DNA from: Hemiscyllium ocellatum | Taxonomy: Eukaryota | Assembly (NCBI RefSeq): GCF_020745735.1 | Contig: NC_083426.1 | Coordinates: forward strand, 12,896,001 to 12,960,000 | Length of the DNA stretch: 64,000 bases | Direction: 5' to 3' | Shown here: piece after piece, positions 25,208 to 37,855 of the stretch | Numbering within the stretch: the first letter of the stretch is position 1 | How the letters are laid out: the number at the start of each line of letters is the position of its first letter | Notes under the pieces: model-generated | Seen by the model: only the letters and a program-made list of their open reading frames with translations | Told to the model about the DNA's origin: nothing | The model's database searches: none | Made by a program: the position numbers and the translations under genes

Positions 25208-28200
25208 TACAATGAAGAGTGTTTTAATGCTTCTTGTCATGCTGTCATCTAAATTGCTCTGTAATTTTGAAGAAAAGCTGGTATTGTCACTTGAGAAAAA
25301 CCTGACCATTGAGTATCTTACATTGATTGACAGAAATACTGTTTTGCAACTGAACTGAGCACTTTCCTCTTCTTTCCCAGAGACCAGTTGATTATTTGAG
25401 CATTTGGAACCATTAGTAATAGAGCTAAGTTTGAAACATAAATGAATTTCAGTACAGTGGGTGCCCCTTTCACATGAAAATGAATGATTGTTTTTACTAA
25501 CAGCTTATGACTTGATGCAGTTTCTGTTTTAATATAATCTAATAAAATTGTAAGGTTTCATTAAAAATTGTTTTCTTGTTTTGGCATGGACTGGTTGGAT
25601 AAAAGGGTCTGTTTCTATGTTGTATGGCTATGACTCTATGACTCTGGCTGGAGATGTTGGTTTCTCAATATATTTTCCAGTGAATGCAAAACATTTTCCA
25701 TTAATTTTGCAGGAATCTGAGGACTGTACCTAGTATGTACAAAATGACAGGCTATGGAGAGCTACAGAGTGGCATGGGTGCTCTGACAGAGATGGTGGGG
25801 TACAGACATAGACCCAGTTCTTCCTCAGAATAGGGTAATGGAATCTTTTTGAATCCACCCAAGTAGGCAGCTGACTTTAACACCTCATCTGAAATCTGGC
25901 ACCTCTGGCAGTGCAGCACTCCTCCACTACTGCACCAGACTAGTAACCTTGTAACTGGAAGCTTATGATTTGGGAACACCAGGACTGTGAGTGACACACA
26001 TACACACATCAATTTTTTGAAGGCAGTCTGGCATCTGTTCAGAACAACTAGGGATGGACAATAAGTATGGCCATGCAGATATTAACTATATTTTCAACAA
26101 AGAAATTTACTTAAGTTTAGATGTTTTACACTTCAGTCTATAAGGTACAACCACACACATTCTAAACTAGGTTATGTAGCAATCCAAACTAATGCTTCAA
26201 CGTCATAGGCTTGAAGGTCAGTATATAACAGTTACTCTAATAAACATCTGTTTGATTCTTCAATACTACAACATCCACATCCAGTTTCTTACGTTGTGTG
26301 GGATAATATGAGCATCAGGTAACATAACATGTTAGAGATAAAATCATATCAAACACCACCTGCTCCAGGCCAATAATGGATGGGCTATAAATACTGACCT
26401 CATCAGCTCTGACCATATCCTATGAATGATTAACAAAGAAAACTCCAAGGTGAGAATTGAGCATATTTTCCTTTGGATATAATTAAGATTTTTATCCATA
26501 TCCAAATTACTGGACAAATTACTAGGCTGTTTTGTCAAAATAGCCAATTGCAGCATAATAGCAGCTGAAGGTTGTTATGATTTCAAGGAGGAATCAATAT
26601 CAGCAAAAACTGTAACACATTACCAGAAACAAAAGAATTAGGGAAGTTTTAAATATCCTTATTTATCATAGTTCTGGCAGCAAAAGAATGGACTTATTTA
26701 ACTTAATTAATATTGCTGAGCTTTCCCAAATGCTTAATAGAAGTGCAGTCAGCCAAAGTCTGATACCAGACAACACACTTAGATATTAGTACAGGCAATC
26801 TGAAACCATGATTAAAATGAAGTATTGCGGAGATTCTTGATGGAGGACAGAGCAGATTTAGGAGGGAAATCTGGAGCTGAGGACCTAGAATGCTGAGGAT
26901 ACCACTACTAATGATACAAAGAAGGGAGTTGAGTAAGAGGAACATAGAATTCATGGAGAGCTGTAGGATGTGATTATCAAAAAAAGAAGGCTGGGGTGAG
27001 ATTGGTACACAATGGTACTTGGTGACAAGATGACATTTTAAAATCTGACATACTGCTGGACCTTGAGTTAACTATTTTACATTGCAAAATGTTTTCCAGT
27101 GTAGATCACTGTAATACACATGATTTTGTCAGCAGTTTTGGCAGGAGCTGTTATTGTAATGATAATAATTATTAGTGATTGAACAGAGTACAGAAACCCC
27201 ACATGAAATAATACAAGCCACATAACAGATCGTAGAAAAAGACTTCCATCTTTTGAAACAAGTTGATTGGGATCTGACATTTCCTACCTTTGCAAAAGCC
27301 AAAGGTATTTCTTAGTTATGCAGGACACTGCTCCTGATGAAGGGCATATGCCTGAAGCATCGATTCTCCTACCCCTCGGTTGCTGCCTGACTGGCTGTGC
27401 TTTTCCAGCACCTCACTCTCTCGACTCTGATCTCCACCATCTGCAGTGCTCACTTTCTCCTCGGACACTATTTACGTACATTTGAGGAAATGAGAGAGTC
27501 TGATCAGTGAACGGACCTTTATTTTACTTTGTCAGAAAAAGACTTTGGACGGTCCCAAGGTGTTTCACAGAAGTATTATCAAGCCACATCAGGCAATATT
27601 AACATCGAGTCTACCGATAATGATCACTCTCCAATTGAAATAATTGGCCATAAGGTCAAGAAGACTATTGCAAACAATAGTCTATTAAAGTTCAGTTGAA
27701 GACTATGCTCTTGTGTTGTTGGGACAGAAGGGCAAAAAAAAGCAAAAACTTCCTCACAGAACAGTTTCGAAACCACACAAAATGCACTGAAGTAGAAACT
27801 GGTTCATGTGATCTGTGGGTAGGATTTATACAATCCTGCACTGGAGTACATGAGGCCAGTCCCTGAGCAGATTTGAGTATTGACACTCATTTTAATAAGA
27901 ATGGCAAGCTGTAGCTGCCTAGTGCACATGCTTTGCTCTCTCACTGACGAAGGCTGTGAGAAATAATCATACCAGATTCAAGACATTAACTCGACTTCTC
28001 TCCACCAGAGGTTGCTAGGCCTGCTGAGATTCTCCTGCTCTCTCCAATAATGTTCAGTAAATATCAGGCTGCTGTGATAGAGATGGCCACCCTCTGGTTA
28101 GCTGCAGAAGTGTTGCTTTGAAGAGAGTAGAGGAGATGGGGCAGTGATCGAGAGGGTTTAGTCCCATCCGCCCCCTCAGGAATCCTGCTTCTACATTAGA

Positions 28201-28467
28201 AGTACATTGTTTAATATCATGGTTCATTCATCTAGGCAAGTGTTTCAGATTAATGATGATTAACACGTTCAGCCAACTTTTAAAAACAGGATAACTTGGC
28301 ATTCCATTGATATTAACTTACTGCTTGATTTGATTAAGCATCCAAAAATCATCCTTTTGCTAATAGCCTTCACTTTGTCACACTTCCACAGTCAGAAAAC
28401 ATACCCATCTAAGGTTAAATTAATTCATCTTGTCACGAGTTCCTCCTCATCCCTCAAAATATACAGT

Positions 28468-28594
28468 ACTTCCTGTAAACTAGAAGTGAAAGAGACTTGA
28501 ATTACCACTTCACTTTCCGTTGCATTGCTCAGTAAAGCTGAGTGAAGGGATAAAGTAAGAACAATTCTATAACTTTCTTTGCGTCACTTAAAAT
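28468..28594 (+). promoter_or_regulatory. Putative proximal promoter of gene A with ETS, ETS/IRF-like and CRE-like motifs
   Basis: ACTTCCTG 28468-28475, GAAGTGAAAG 28483-28492, CACTTCACTTTCC 28506-28518, TGCGTCA 28580-28586 within 130 nt of ATG; motif-level evidence only. Confidence 0.4.
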
Positions 28595-28634
28595 ATGGAT
28601 TTTACATTCCATCTCTTCATGCTGTCCTTCTCGG
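28595..28634 (+). CDS. Gene A exon 1, signal peptide (MDFTFHLFMLSFS+G)
   Basis: ATG with A at -3, 13 mostly hydrophobic codons +1 nt, then GTAAGT; joined leader ends in VSGA, a good cleavage site; parallels gene B leader. Confidence 0.8.
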
Positions 28635-31600
28635 GTAAGTAACACAAATTGCATTAAACTTCGTTGGGGAAATTAAATTGTGTGCATTAGACAAAGTTTT
28701 ATAGAAACATGAATTGTTAGAGGAGGTCTCTTCCAGTCCTACTGTCTTATTATGTCTGGAATCCTTGCTATCCAATCATCCTGCAGCAAATCCAGTCTGC
28801 AGAACATCCATTAGTTCTGGCTCAGTTGTGGAACAGTAGCCTTGGCATCCAGAATATTATGACTCAAGTCCCACTCTAGGAGACTTCAGCACCGAAACCA
28901 TGGTAACGCACCAGATTAGAACTGAAGTCTGAGACCCCCACCTCCCTTCTCCAGAATGTGAAAGAGGTTTCACGTTGTTAAGTTGAAGGAGATCAGAGGA
29001 ATGATCTGCCCAATCTTTCTTCTTCAATCACCCACAAACAAATCATTCAATTGTTAGTTTAGGGAGTTTACTGACCACAAATTGGTCAAGGTATTCCTTT
29101 CTCACATTGTGATAGTGATGGTAACTACAGCATATTTTATTGATTCTAAAGCACTCCGAAGTCATTTAAGATGCTATGTAAATGCAGCCTTTCCTTATCT
29201 TTTTATCATTAGCCTAACAGCTCTTGGCAGTCTCCTCGGATTCCAGGCAGCTCACCTCCCCATTTCAGCCCCAGAGCAGGGATTCAGCCTCTGTCATCCA
29301 GTTCAACACTATGATTGATTGACTGAGATGTAAAAAATCAAGGCTGACCATTACCCTGTGAGTGCCACTCGTCTGCAGCATGTCCAATTGAGCATTCAGT
29401 CCTCTTATCCATCGCTTGCCTTTCCACACACTATCAATTGCAATAACTTGATTTTAAAGAGCTGCTGGGGGAAATGAGAGAGGTTTCACACCATGTATTA
29501 TGCTTGGGTGGTTTGATCTGCCTTGAGCTGCACTGTGAATTATGAAGGAAACTTCTTCCATTTAGGATGAAGCAAAGCAGGTTTGCGTTGAGCAGGTGCA
29601 GTAAAAAGGAAAATCACATTCTTGCAAAAACCCAGCTACAACCTGATTAAGTCTGCTCTGTCTTCCTGACATTGAAGCCGTCAAACGTTTTGTGGTTTTC
29701 TGGTAAAACTGATGTGGTAGCAGGCGAGAGCAGTAGCTCTCTATATCGGTTAGCTTGATCCTTCAAACAGGATGAGTGCTCTGTCACATCGTGTTGATGT
29801 ATGTTGCAGCTCTTTCTAATTCTTTTCTACAAATTGGAATGAGAGGGTTTTTTTTATAAACTCACTGCCATCTGATTACTATCTGATTGGCAGGGTTAAG
29901 CTTTCCAATTTTCTGTGGCAACTTCCTGGATGGAAGTTTGTAAAGGTCTAAATAACATGGGCTATGACAAAATTAGGTGATAATCACTAAAAGACCCATC
30001 TCAAAGTCGAAATCATTTCACTCCTCGAACATCTGACTGGCCAACTATTTGCTCTCAACAAAGGAAGAAGGAATCCATCGTGTTACACGGTACAGGGCCA
30101 ACTAGACCCAACCAAAATACACTAATCAGATATATGTACAGACCTCTCTGATCAACCCTTTTATGTATGTCATTGATCATGCAAGAATTTTGTTCCTTGC
30201 CACAAGTTCTGATTTACTTTAAACATTAAGGGCATAAGGACTATCTCATAATGCAGTAGTTGTTGTGATTCTGTTCGCCGAGCTGGGAATTCGTGTAGCA
30301 GACGTTTCGTCCCCTATCTAGGTGACATCCTCAGTGCTTGGGAGCCTCCTGTGAAGTGTTTCTGTGATGTTTCCTCCGGCATTTATAGTGGTTTGTCTCT
30401 GCCGCTTCCAGTTGTCAGTTCCAGCTGTCCGCTGCAGTGGTCGGTATATTGGGTCCAGATCAATGTGTTTGTTGATAGAATCTGTGGATGAGTGCCATGC
30501 CTCTAGGAATTCCCTGGCTGTTCTCTGTTTGGCTTGTCCTATAATAGTAGTGTTGTCCCAGTCGAACTCATGCTGCTTGTCATCCACGTGTGTAGCTACT
30601 AAGGATAGCTGGTTGTGTCGTTTCATGGCTAGTTAGTGTTCATGGATGCGGACCGTTAGCTGTCTTCCTGTTTGTCCTATGTAGTGTTTTGTGCAGTCCT
30701 TGCATGGGATTTTGTACACTACATTGGTTTTGCTCATGCTGGGTATCGGGTCCTTTGTCCTGGTGAGTTGTTGTCTGAGAGTGGCTGTTGGTTTGTGTGC
30801 TGTTATGAGTCCTAGTGGTCGTAGTAGTCTGGCTGTCAGTTCGGAAATATTCTTGATGTATGGTAATAGGAAAAGTCAAACAGAGAACAGCCAGGGAATT
30901 CCTAGAGGTATGGCAATCATCCACAGATTCTATCAACAAACACATCGACCTGGACCCAATATACCGGCCACTGCAGCGGACAGCTGGAACTGACAACTGG
31001 AACGGCAGATTCAAACCACTACAAATGGTGGAGGAAACATCACAGAAGTGCTTCACAGGAGGCTCCCAAGCACTGAGGATGTCACCTAGACAGGGGACAA
31101 AACGTCTGCAACACAAATTCCCAGCTCGGCGAACAGAACCACAGCAATGAGCACCCGAGCTACAAATCTTCTCACAAACTTTGAACAGTAGTTGTGTTTT
31201 GGAAAATTCTGAAAATCCAGTTGAATTGATATTTCAGGCAGGATATGGGTCAGCTCTACTCCTGATATGCAAGTGCAATTCTTTGGACTTTAGATAGACA
31301 CACGTGTCAACAATTGAACAGATGTTGATGTTAATGTGCTCCTTATGAATCATCTTATCTGAACACTGGGAGCTGCTCCAATCTTCTATGTTTCTGTCTG
31401 CTGGGGGTATTTCCCTCTCAGTTCATTCCTGTTAAGCCTGATCTACATTTTGAAACTATTGCCATCCAACAGAAATAGTTTTCCTTCACCTAATCCCTTT
31501 ACAATATTGACAAATTGAAGGATTGCCAGCTGTGTATAATCTCTCCCTGTAACAAAGACCTTGGAGCTGATAGTCCCAAGGGGAGCAAGGTTCCAGTTCA

Positions 31601-34600
31601 GAATGTTTTCTACACAACTTCTCAAGATGCGCTGGGCATCTTGAAAATGCCATTAGAATGATCAAAGTAGGAGTTTAAGTTGAGGAGTCTCAATGTCCAT
31701 TTTTAATTGTTAAGTATTCGAGATACATTCTACAGCTGTGGGCAGCACAGTGGCACAGTGGTTAGCACTGCTGCCTCACAGCATGTGAGACTCGGGTTCA
31801 ATTCCCGCCTCAGGCGACTGTCTGTGTGGAGTTTACACATTCTCCCCGTGTCTGTGTGAGCACCCTCTGGGTGCTCCGGTTTCCTCCCACAGTCCAAAAA
31901 TGTGCAGGTTAGGTGAATTGGCCATGCCAAATTGCCCATAGTGTCAGGTGAAGGGATAAACGTAGGGGAATGGGTCTGGATAGGTTGCACTTCGGCTGGT
32001 TGGTATGGAGTTGTTGGACCCAAGGGCCTGTTTCCACACTGTAAGTAATCTAATCTAATTACTCATCTGTTGCAGTGATTTACTTTATTGAGTTTTAATG
32101 TATATTGTGTCATAATTTCTCACTGAACAGTTTCAGGCGCCATCCTAACTGGACCTGCTGTCATAAATGGATCAGTGGGACAATCCATTATCATCAGGTG
32201 TAAATACAACAAACATTACAGCAGTTCTCCAAAGTACTGGTGCAAAGGTGACAACAGGGAAGACTGCGTAATTTTAGTCAAAACCCAACATTCGAGGAAG
32301 ACAAATTCTGATGGAAGAATAACCATAGAAACTGACAATGACGCAGGAGAATTCTTAGTCATGATGGACCGCTTAACAAAGAATGACCAAGGCATGTACT
32401 GGTGTGGAATTGCAAGGTTTTTGTGGGACTTGTTGAGTCCTGTGGAACTTAATGTTATTGAAGGTAGGATGTTAAAAATTTTATTATTGTGCTAATTTTC
32501 CAGCTGGATATTTGAGTTTGTTGTGTGGTATATAACATGTTTTTCAAACATTTCCACTTTTCAGTGGGCAGTTGGAAACCTGGTAAATAATGAAAGAATA
32601 CACTGAGGTAAGTCTAATGGGGTGTCTCTATCTCCACCCAGTGGAGTATGGGATACCCACCCAGCACAAGAACAGCAGTCTTGCAGCAATCTAGCAGCTG
32701 ATTGGCCATTCATTGGGTGCATCCAGGTTCTTGGTCCAAAGAACCATGGAATCCCTGACCCCTGATGAGGAGTCATCAAGACTCAAAACATTAGCTTGCT
32801 GTCTCTCCCTGGATGCTGCCTGACCCACTGTGATCTCCAGCATTTGTTATTTTCACCCTGGCCTCTGATTGGCTAGAGTTCTCCGGGGGAAAGCTTCCTG
32901 TCTCTGAGGCATGGAAGTCCCACCTTCAGGTTCTAAGTTTGCTTGCTCAGCTGATAGGTTTGTTCTCAGATGGTTTGTCACCATGCCAGGTAGCATCATC
33001 AGAGAGCCTCTGGTGAAGTGCTGGTGTTCTGTTCCGCTAGTGGTTTGTGTGCCTTGATCTGTTGTGGTGGGTGATATCACTTCCAGTTCTTTTTCTGAGA
33101 GGTTGGTAAATGGGGTCCAAATTAATGTGTTTGTTAATGGAGTTCCCATTTAAATGCCAGGCCACGAGGAATTCCCATGCGTGTCTCTGTTTAGCCTGTC
33201 TTAAGATGAATGTGTTGTCCCAGTCGAAGTGATGTCCCTCCTCGTGTGTGTGTAAGGATACTAGTGATAGCCGGTCATGCCTTTTGGTGGCAAATTGGTG
33301 TTGTTATATCCTGGTGGCTAGTTTCCTGCCTGCCTGTCGGGTGTAGTGTTTACTGCAGTCCTTGCAGGGTATTTTGTAAATGGCATTCACTTTGTTGGTT
33401 GTTGGCATAGGGTCTTTCAGGTTCATCACCTAAGTCCCACTTCAGTTTGTGGCTTCTCACCTGGACCACACCAGTAGGAGAGGGTGTTGGGTATGGGTAT
33501 ATGGGTGATCATGGTGAGTTGAGAGGGTGAAACTGGGGCAGGGATTGGGGTCAAACTCAGGGGCAGAGAACACCACACCCAACATTGTGGCCACCCTCCC
33601 CACCTTGCCGCAGCTACAACAAGGAAATATGTCAGACTGAACGTTTGGCAAGAGCCTTCCCATGCACTTATCAAATCCCAGCAGCTGTAGGATGACGTGC
33701 CTAAGGTTTGTTTCATATTCATTCATGGCATGGGAACGTCACTGACTGGGCTGGCTCCTCAGACGCTGCCTGACCGGTTGTGCTTTTCCAGCACCACACT
33801 CTCAATTCTGATCTGCTGCCCTCACTTTCTCCATTTATTGATGGTCCCTAATTGCCCTGAGGGGAGTTAAGAGTCAACCACATTGCTGTGGGTCTGGAGT
33901 CATGTGTCCTTTCCTGAAGAACATTAGTGACTGAGATGGGTTTTCCTTGATAATTAGCAATGGTTTCACAGTCATCATGAAACTCTTACTTCCAGTTTCT
34001 TTTATTGAATTCAAATTCCACCAGCTGTCATTTAGGATTTGAACCCAGATCTCCAGACATTATTTGGCTCTCTGGATTAATAGTCTAATAGACAATCAAC
34101 AAAACCACTCAGCCATCAACTCCCTGTGGGCCATGAATTGCCTACATGGGCATCAATTGGTCTATCTATGGGCCAGGAGAAAGTGAGGTCTGCAGATGCT
34201 GGAGATCAGAGCTGAAAATGTGTTGCTGGAAAAGCGCAGCAGGTCAGGCAGCATCCAAGGAGCAGGACAATCGACGTTTCGGGCATAAGCCCTTCTTCAG
34301 GAATGAGAAGGGCCTATGCCCGAAACGTCGAATCTCCTGCTCCTTGGATGCTGCCTGACCTGCTGCGCTTTTCCAGCAACACATTTTCAGCTAGCTATGG
34401 GCCAACAGAGTTTGTAAAAATGTAGAGGGCAGCACTGAGTAGGTTGTTGGCAGATGTGGGATTTGATGCCCCTTACTTTTAAATCTGTCAGCATTAAAAT
34501 CAACCCACAATGCCTCTTTTTCTTGCTAATTCTATCTTAGCAAAGTTTCTTCATTTTTTATCTGCAAATCTCTGATTGCTTAGACCGTTGTGTAATACAA

Positions 34601-37600
34601 TTTTATGGGGGTATAATCTAATATATTTACACCGTTTTTAACAGATCCCAAGGTATCTCTTTCAGGCTCGCCAGCAGAAGAGGAAGTTCTGAGGTAAATT
34701 TTGTACTTACCTAAACCTAGTCATTCTGAACTTCTGTCTGCAGCTTAATGATCACACGAAAAACATGAGACCACAGGAATATGTGAGGATCATGCCATGG
34801 CTGAAATGTATTAGCTCTGAGGAATGATTGGGGAGGCATTGATCATTTCATTGGAACAAAGAAGGCTGAAGAATGATTGAATTGCGATGCATAAAATCAC
34901 ATGGGGCTTGGGCCGAGTCAATTGGACAGACAAACCTTCCTTAGCAGAGTACACAATAACCAGGGGGTCTAGGATACAGTATTTAATAGAAGATTGAAAG
35001 GGAGAATGGGGCATGTGGGATAAGTGTCTGAAAGTCACTGCTTAAAGTGCTAGTTGAGCCAAAAACCCCCTCTGGTTTTGGAATAGTCAGAGATGGAAGA
35101 TGGGTTGGGAGACCTTATTGGTAACTAATGCACAGATGCAGTGAAATTGTTCAGAAAACTTACACTGGAGATGGATTGATATTCACCTTCTGCGACCCTC
35201 CCTGATGCTGAGCTCAGGGTGGAGACGTGGGCTGGATATGAGGAACCTGCCTTTTTGCTTTGGAAATAGCCTGGCCAAACTGATTAGCATTCAGTGAGGC
35301 CCAAGTGAACATCATAATGAAACTCATCTAATCACCCCCAATGACTGACTACAAGCCCCTCCTCACCTAACCCCCAGTCCTGACTATCCCTGAAACCCTC
35401 CCATATTGCCCACTCACCTGCCTCAAAAACCTCACATATTCACAAATCTGTTCAATTACTCACCCATTCATGAACTCATTCACTTACAGAAAAACTTGAC
35501 TTTTAAAAGCTTAACTCAATGGGGCATATACTATTGTAAAACAAAAGGGTCATGTCCACAAGATTCCATCTCTTCTTGTACCTGACATTCTCCACTTGAG
35601 AGGCTTTAATATCCCTTTGGAACTTCAACTGGGTTTCAAAGACATGGCCAATAAACTATAATACGGTCAGGCCACAGACCTCTCCATGGGCAGTGCCAAT
35701 CTACTCTACTGACCAGATAAATCTGGACCATTGCATTTAAAAAATACTTGGACATGCAGTTAAGGTATTTTAATCCAAAGGGCTACAAACCAGTATAAAG
35801 AAGTTGGAATTAAGCTGGATTACTCTCTCTTGGCTGGCAAAAGAATTCTGGGCTGAATGGACTCCTTTTGTCCTATTTCTTCATGTTTCTAATGAGCAAC
35901 TTCCCTCTGCAATAAAAACAGAAAATGCGAGAGAAACCTAGCAGATCTGGCAACACCTGTGGAGAGAGAAAAAGAGTTAACATTTTGAGTTTGATATGAC
36001 TCTCCTTCAGAATTCTCTGTAAACTTTATTTCAGATTCCCACCATCCACAGTACTTTGCTTTCACTTGAAAGTCCTTATGCAATTTAGGAGACTTAAACT
36101 GATCAGCGTGAAGGTCAATGATTGGGATGGGATTTTATACAGACATATTTGCATTATTGAACTGGCAGCTAGCTTTACATCTTTCCTGTTGAAACTTAGG
36201 AAAGTCACTTATATTAATTGGTCACTTCATGCACTCTGATGCCCAATAGACCAGCCGACAGATGCAGATACATCAACTACATCTTTGTACTTCACTATCT
36301 TTTAGCCGTGCAAAATCATGAAATCATTCCAGGTCGTATAATGGATCTCTGAGTTTTAGTTAAAGAGTTGCACACAAATGCGCATGGAATTCTCAATGTC
36401 TTGTCATAGCTTTAGTAGATGAGAGAAATCCCAACTGAAATGGTGCAAACAGCCATGACAGTGAGAGATCAGCTTACCATGGATTAAAATTTCACATCAG
36501 CCATTCATTACTCAGAATGATGGAGAGCAATGAAAACCTAATCTGCCCAGCAGTTGGACAATATTTAGTCCTGATGAAATGTTACTCCATTACATTTCTC
36601 AAAAAAACTAAAACGATCAAGTGCAATATTAGTTTTACAATCTCCACTGCACCACTCACAACACCAATCTTAACATTGGCCAGGTATATGTGGCAGTGTT
36701 CCATCTCATCCTAAGTGTTTCTTGCCCAGACTTAAGTTAAAATTATTCCCATCTTTTCACTAGCAATATGCACTTCATTTAAAACCCACCAACTAACATC
36801 ACCCATTTACAGTATTGGCTAAAATCAAAACATGAAAATACATTTTAATAAGAACAAAAATGAAGATCCTTTATATAACTGCATCTGTGCTGAAAACAGT
36901 TAAATTATCATCCCAGATTGCACATCTGTTACTGCTAATGGACCTTTTTCCTCAGCTTATATTTCATTTTCAATTGTAGCAAGTGTTTTCACAGCAATGT
37001 GTGTTGGTAGAAGCTAATTCATGTGTTATGCTGTCATTGGAGGATTTGAGCTATAGAGAGAGGTTGAATAGGCTGGGGCTATTTCCCTGGAGTGTCGGAG
37101 ACTGAGGGGTGACTTACAGAGGTTTATAAAATCATGAAAGGCATGGATAGGGTAAATAGACAAAGTCTTTTCCCTTGCAGGGGGGAGTCCAGAACTAGAG
37201 GGCATAGGTTTAGGGTGAGAGGGGAAAGATATAAAAGAGAACTAAGGGGCAACTTTTTCACACAGAGGGTAGTATTTGTCTGGAGTGAGCTGCCAGAGGA
37301 AGTGGTGGAGGCTGGTACAATTACAGCATTTAAAAGACAAGTGGATGGGCATATGAATAGGAAGGGTTTGGAGGGATATAGGCCGGGTACTGGCAGGTGG
37401 GACTAGTTTGGGTTGGGATATCTGGTCAGCATGGATGAGTTGGACCGAAGGGTCTGTTTCGATGCCGTACATCTCTATGACTTTATTTACCACTGTATCA
37501 CTCTTGGCACTTGGTAACTCTGGGATTTGTGTCTTTCCAACATGGTGCTTGTCGTCTGCTCACTTTACTGGTTAGAAAGCCATGAGTCAAGGTGTGTAAA

Positions 37601-37841
37601 AATGTTACATGCTGTAGGAGAACAAAAGCCAAAAAGTATTTTTGATTATCTGCAAGTGTAGCCAAATAACTCACAGATCCAAGCTCGCTCTATGGATCCT
37701 GAAATCTATTTTGATAGAAATAATTTTGTCTTCTATCTACCTAGGCAAAATTCTATGTGTTATTTTATCTGGAGCATTTTACGTTGGTTTTTCTTTGCCA
37801 TTCTCCTCATCTGGGCCATTTTAATCAAACTGAAAATATAG
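28595..37841 (+). CDS. Gene A: CD300/pIgR/CMRF35-like single-V activating-type receptor, 4 coding exons (28595-28634, 32131-32463, 34645-34693, 37745-37841), 172 aa
   Basis: Exons join in frame (phases 1,1,2) with GT-AG sites: MDFTFHLFMLSFS-V-SGAILTGP..V domain..NVIE-D-PKVSLSGSPAEEEVL-R-QNSMCYFIWSILRWFFFAILLIWAILIKLKI*. Confidence 0.85.
30255..31190 (-). mobile_element. Penelope-like element 3' end (GIY-YIG) with inverted partial copy
   Basis: Minus strand VVYKIPCKDCTKHYIGQTGRQL..AREFLEAWH; ~30870-31190 is an inverted duplicate; intact hammerhead core on minus 30298-30337. Confidence 0.9.
31740..32059 (+). mobile_element. HE1-type SINE ending ~70 nt before gene A V exon
   Basis: Similar to 5268-5575 including TAATC tail. 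Confidence 0.85.
32131..32463 (+). CDS. Gene A exon 2, Ig V domain of CD300/pIgR type
   Basis: C..KYWCKG..C..DGRITI..D.GMYWCGI; 4 Cys; acceptor CAG at 32128-32130 (alternative in-frame AG at 32135-32136), donor GTAGGA at 32464; phase 1-1. Confidence 0.95.
32880..33420 (-). mobile_element. Degenerate Penelope-like GIY-YIG fragment
   Basis: Nucleotide similarity to 30340-30750 endonuclease region. Confidence 0.65.
34210..34392. mobile_element. Near-perfect inverted pair of Penelope pseudo-LTR ends (~88-nt arms)
   Basis: 34210-34297 is the reverse complement of 34307-34392; hammerhead intact on minus strand only. Confidence 0.85.
34645..34693 (+). CDS. Gene A exon 3, stalk (DPKVSLSGSPAEEEVL)
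   Basis: ttttaacag acceptor, GTAAAT donor, open frame, phase 1-2 linking V to TM exon. Confidence 0.7.
37040..37482 (+). mobile_element. CR1 LINE 3' fragment (other 3' relics at 1-310, 16513-16570, 20860-21200, 52370-52960, 58495-59280, 61975-62390)
   Basis: SRTRGHRFRVRGERYKRELRGNFFTQRVV..W..LPEEVVEAGT. Confidence 0.85.
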
Positions 37842-37855
37842 ATGATGAAATACTG
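37745..37855 (+). CDS. Gene A exon 4, transmembrane exon with Arg; stop TAG 37839-37841; donor after 37855
   Basis: Pyrimidine tract + TAG acceptor; YFIWSILRWFFFAILLIWAILIKLKI*; GTAAGT donor 14 nt after stop; clear paralog at 61310. Confidence 0.88.

Noticed and set aside
24901-25309. Four overlapping ORFs with 11-aa repeats
   Set aside because: By-product of a stop-poor 33-bp unit open in several frames; no splice or start context supporting coding.
32464-32500. V exons as rearranging Ig/TCR V segments
   Set aside because: No CACAGTG heptamer/nonamer after either exon; both end in a splice donor after the G strand and carry CD300-type extra Cys.
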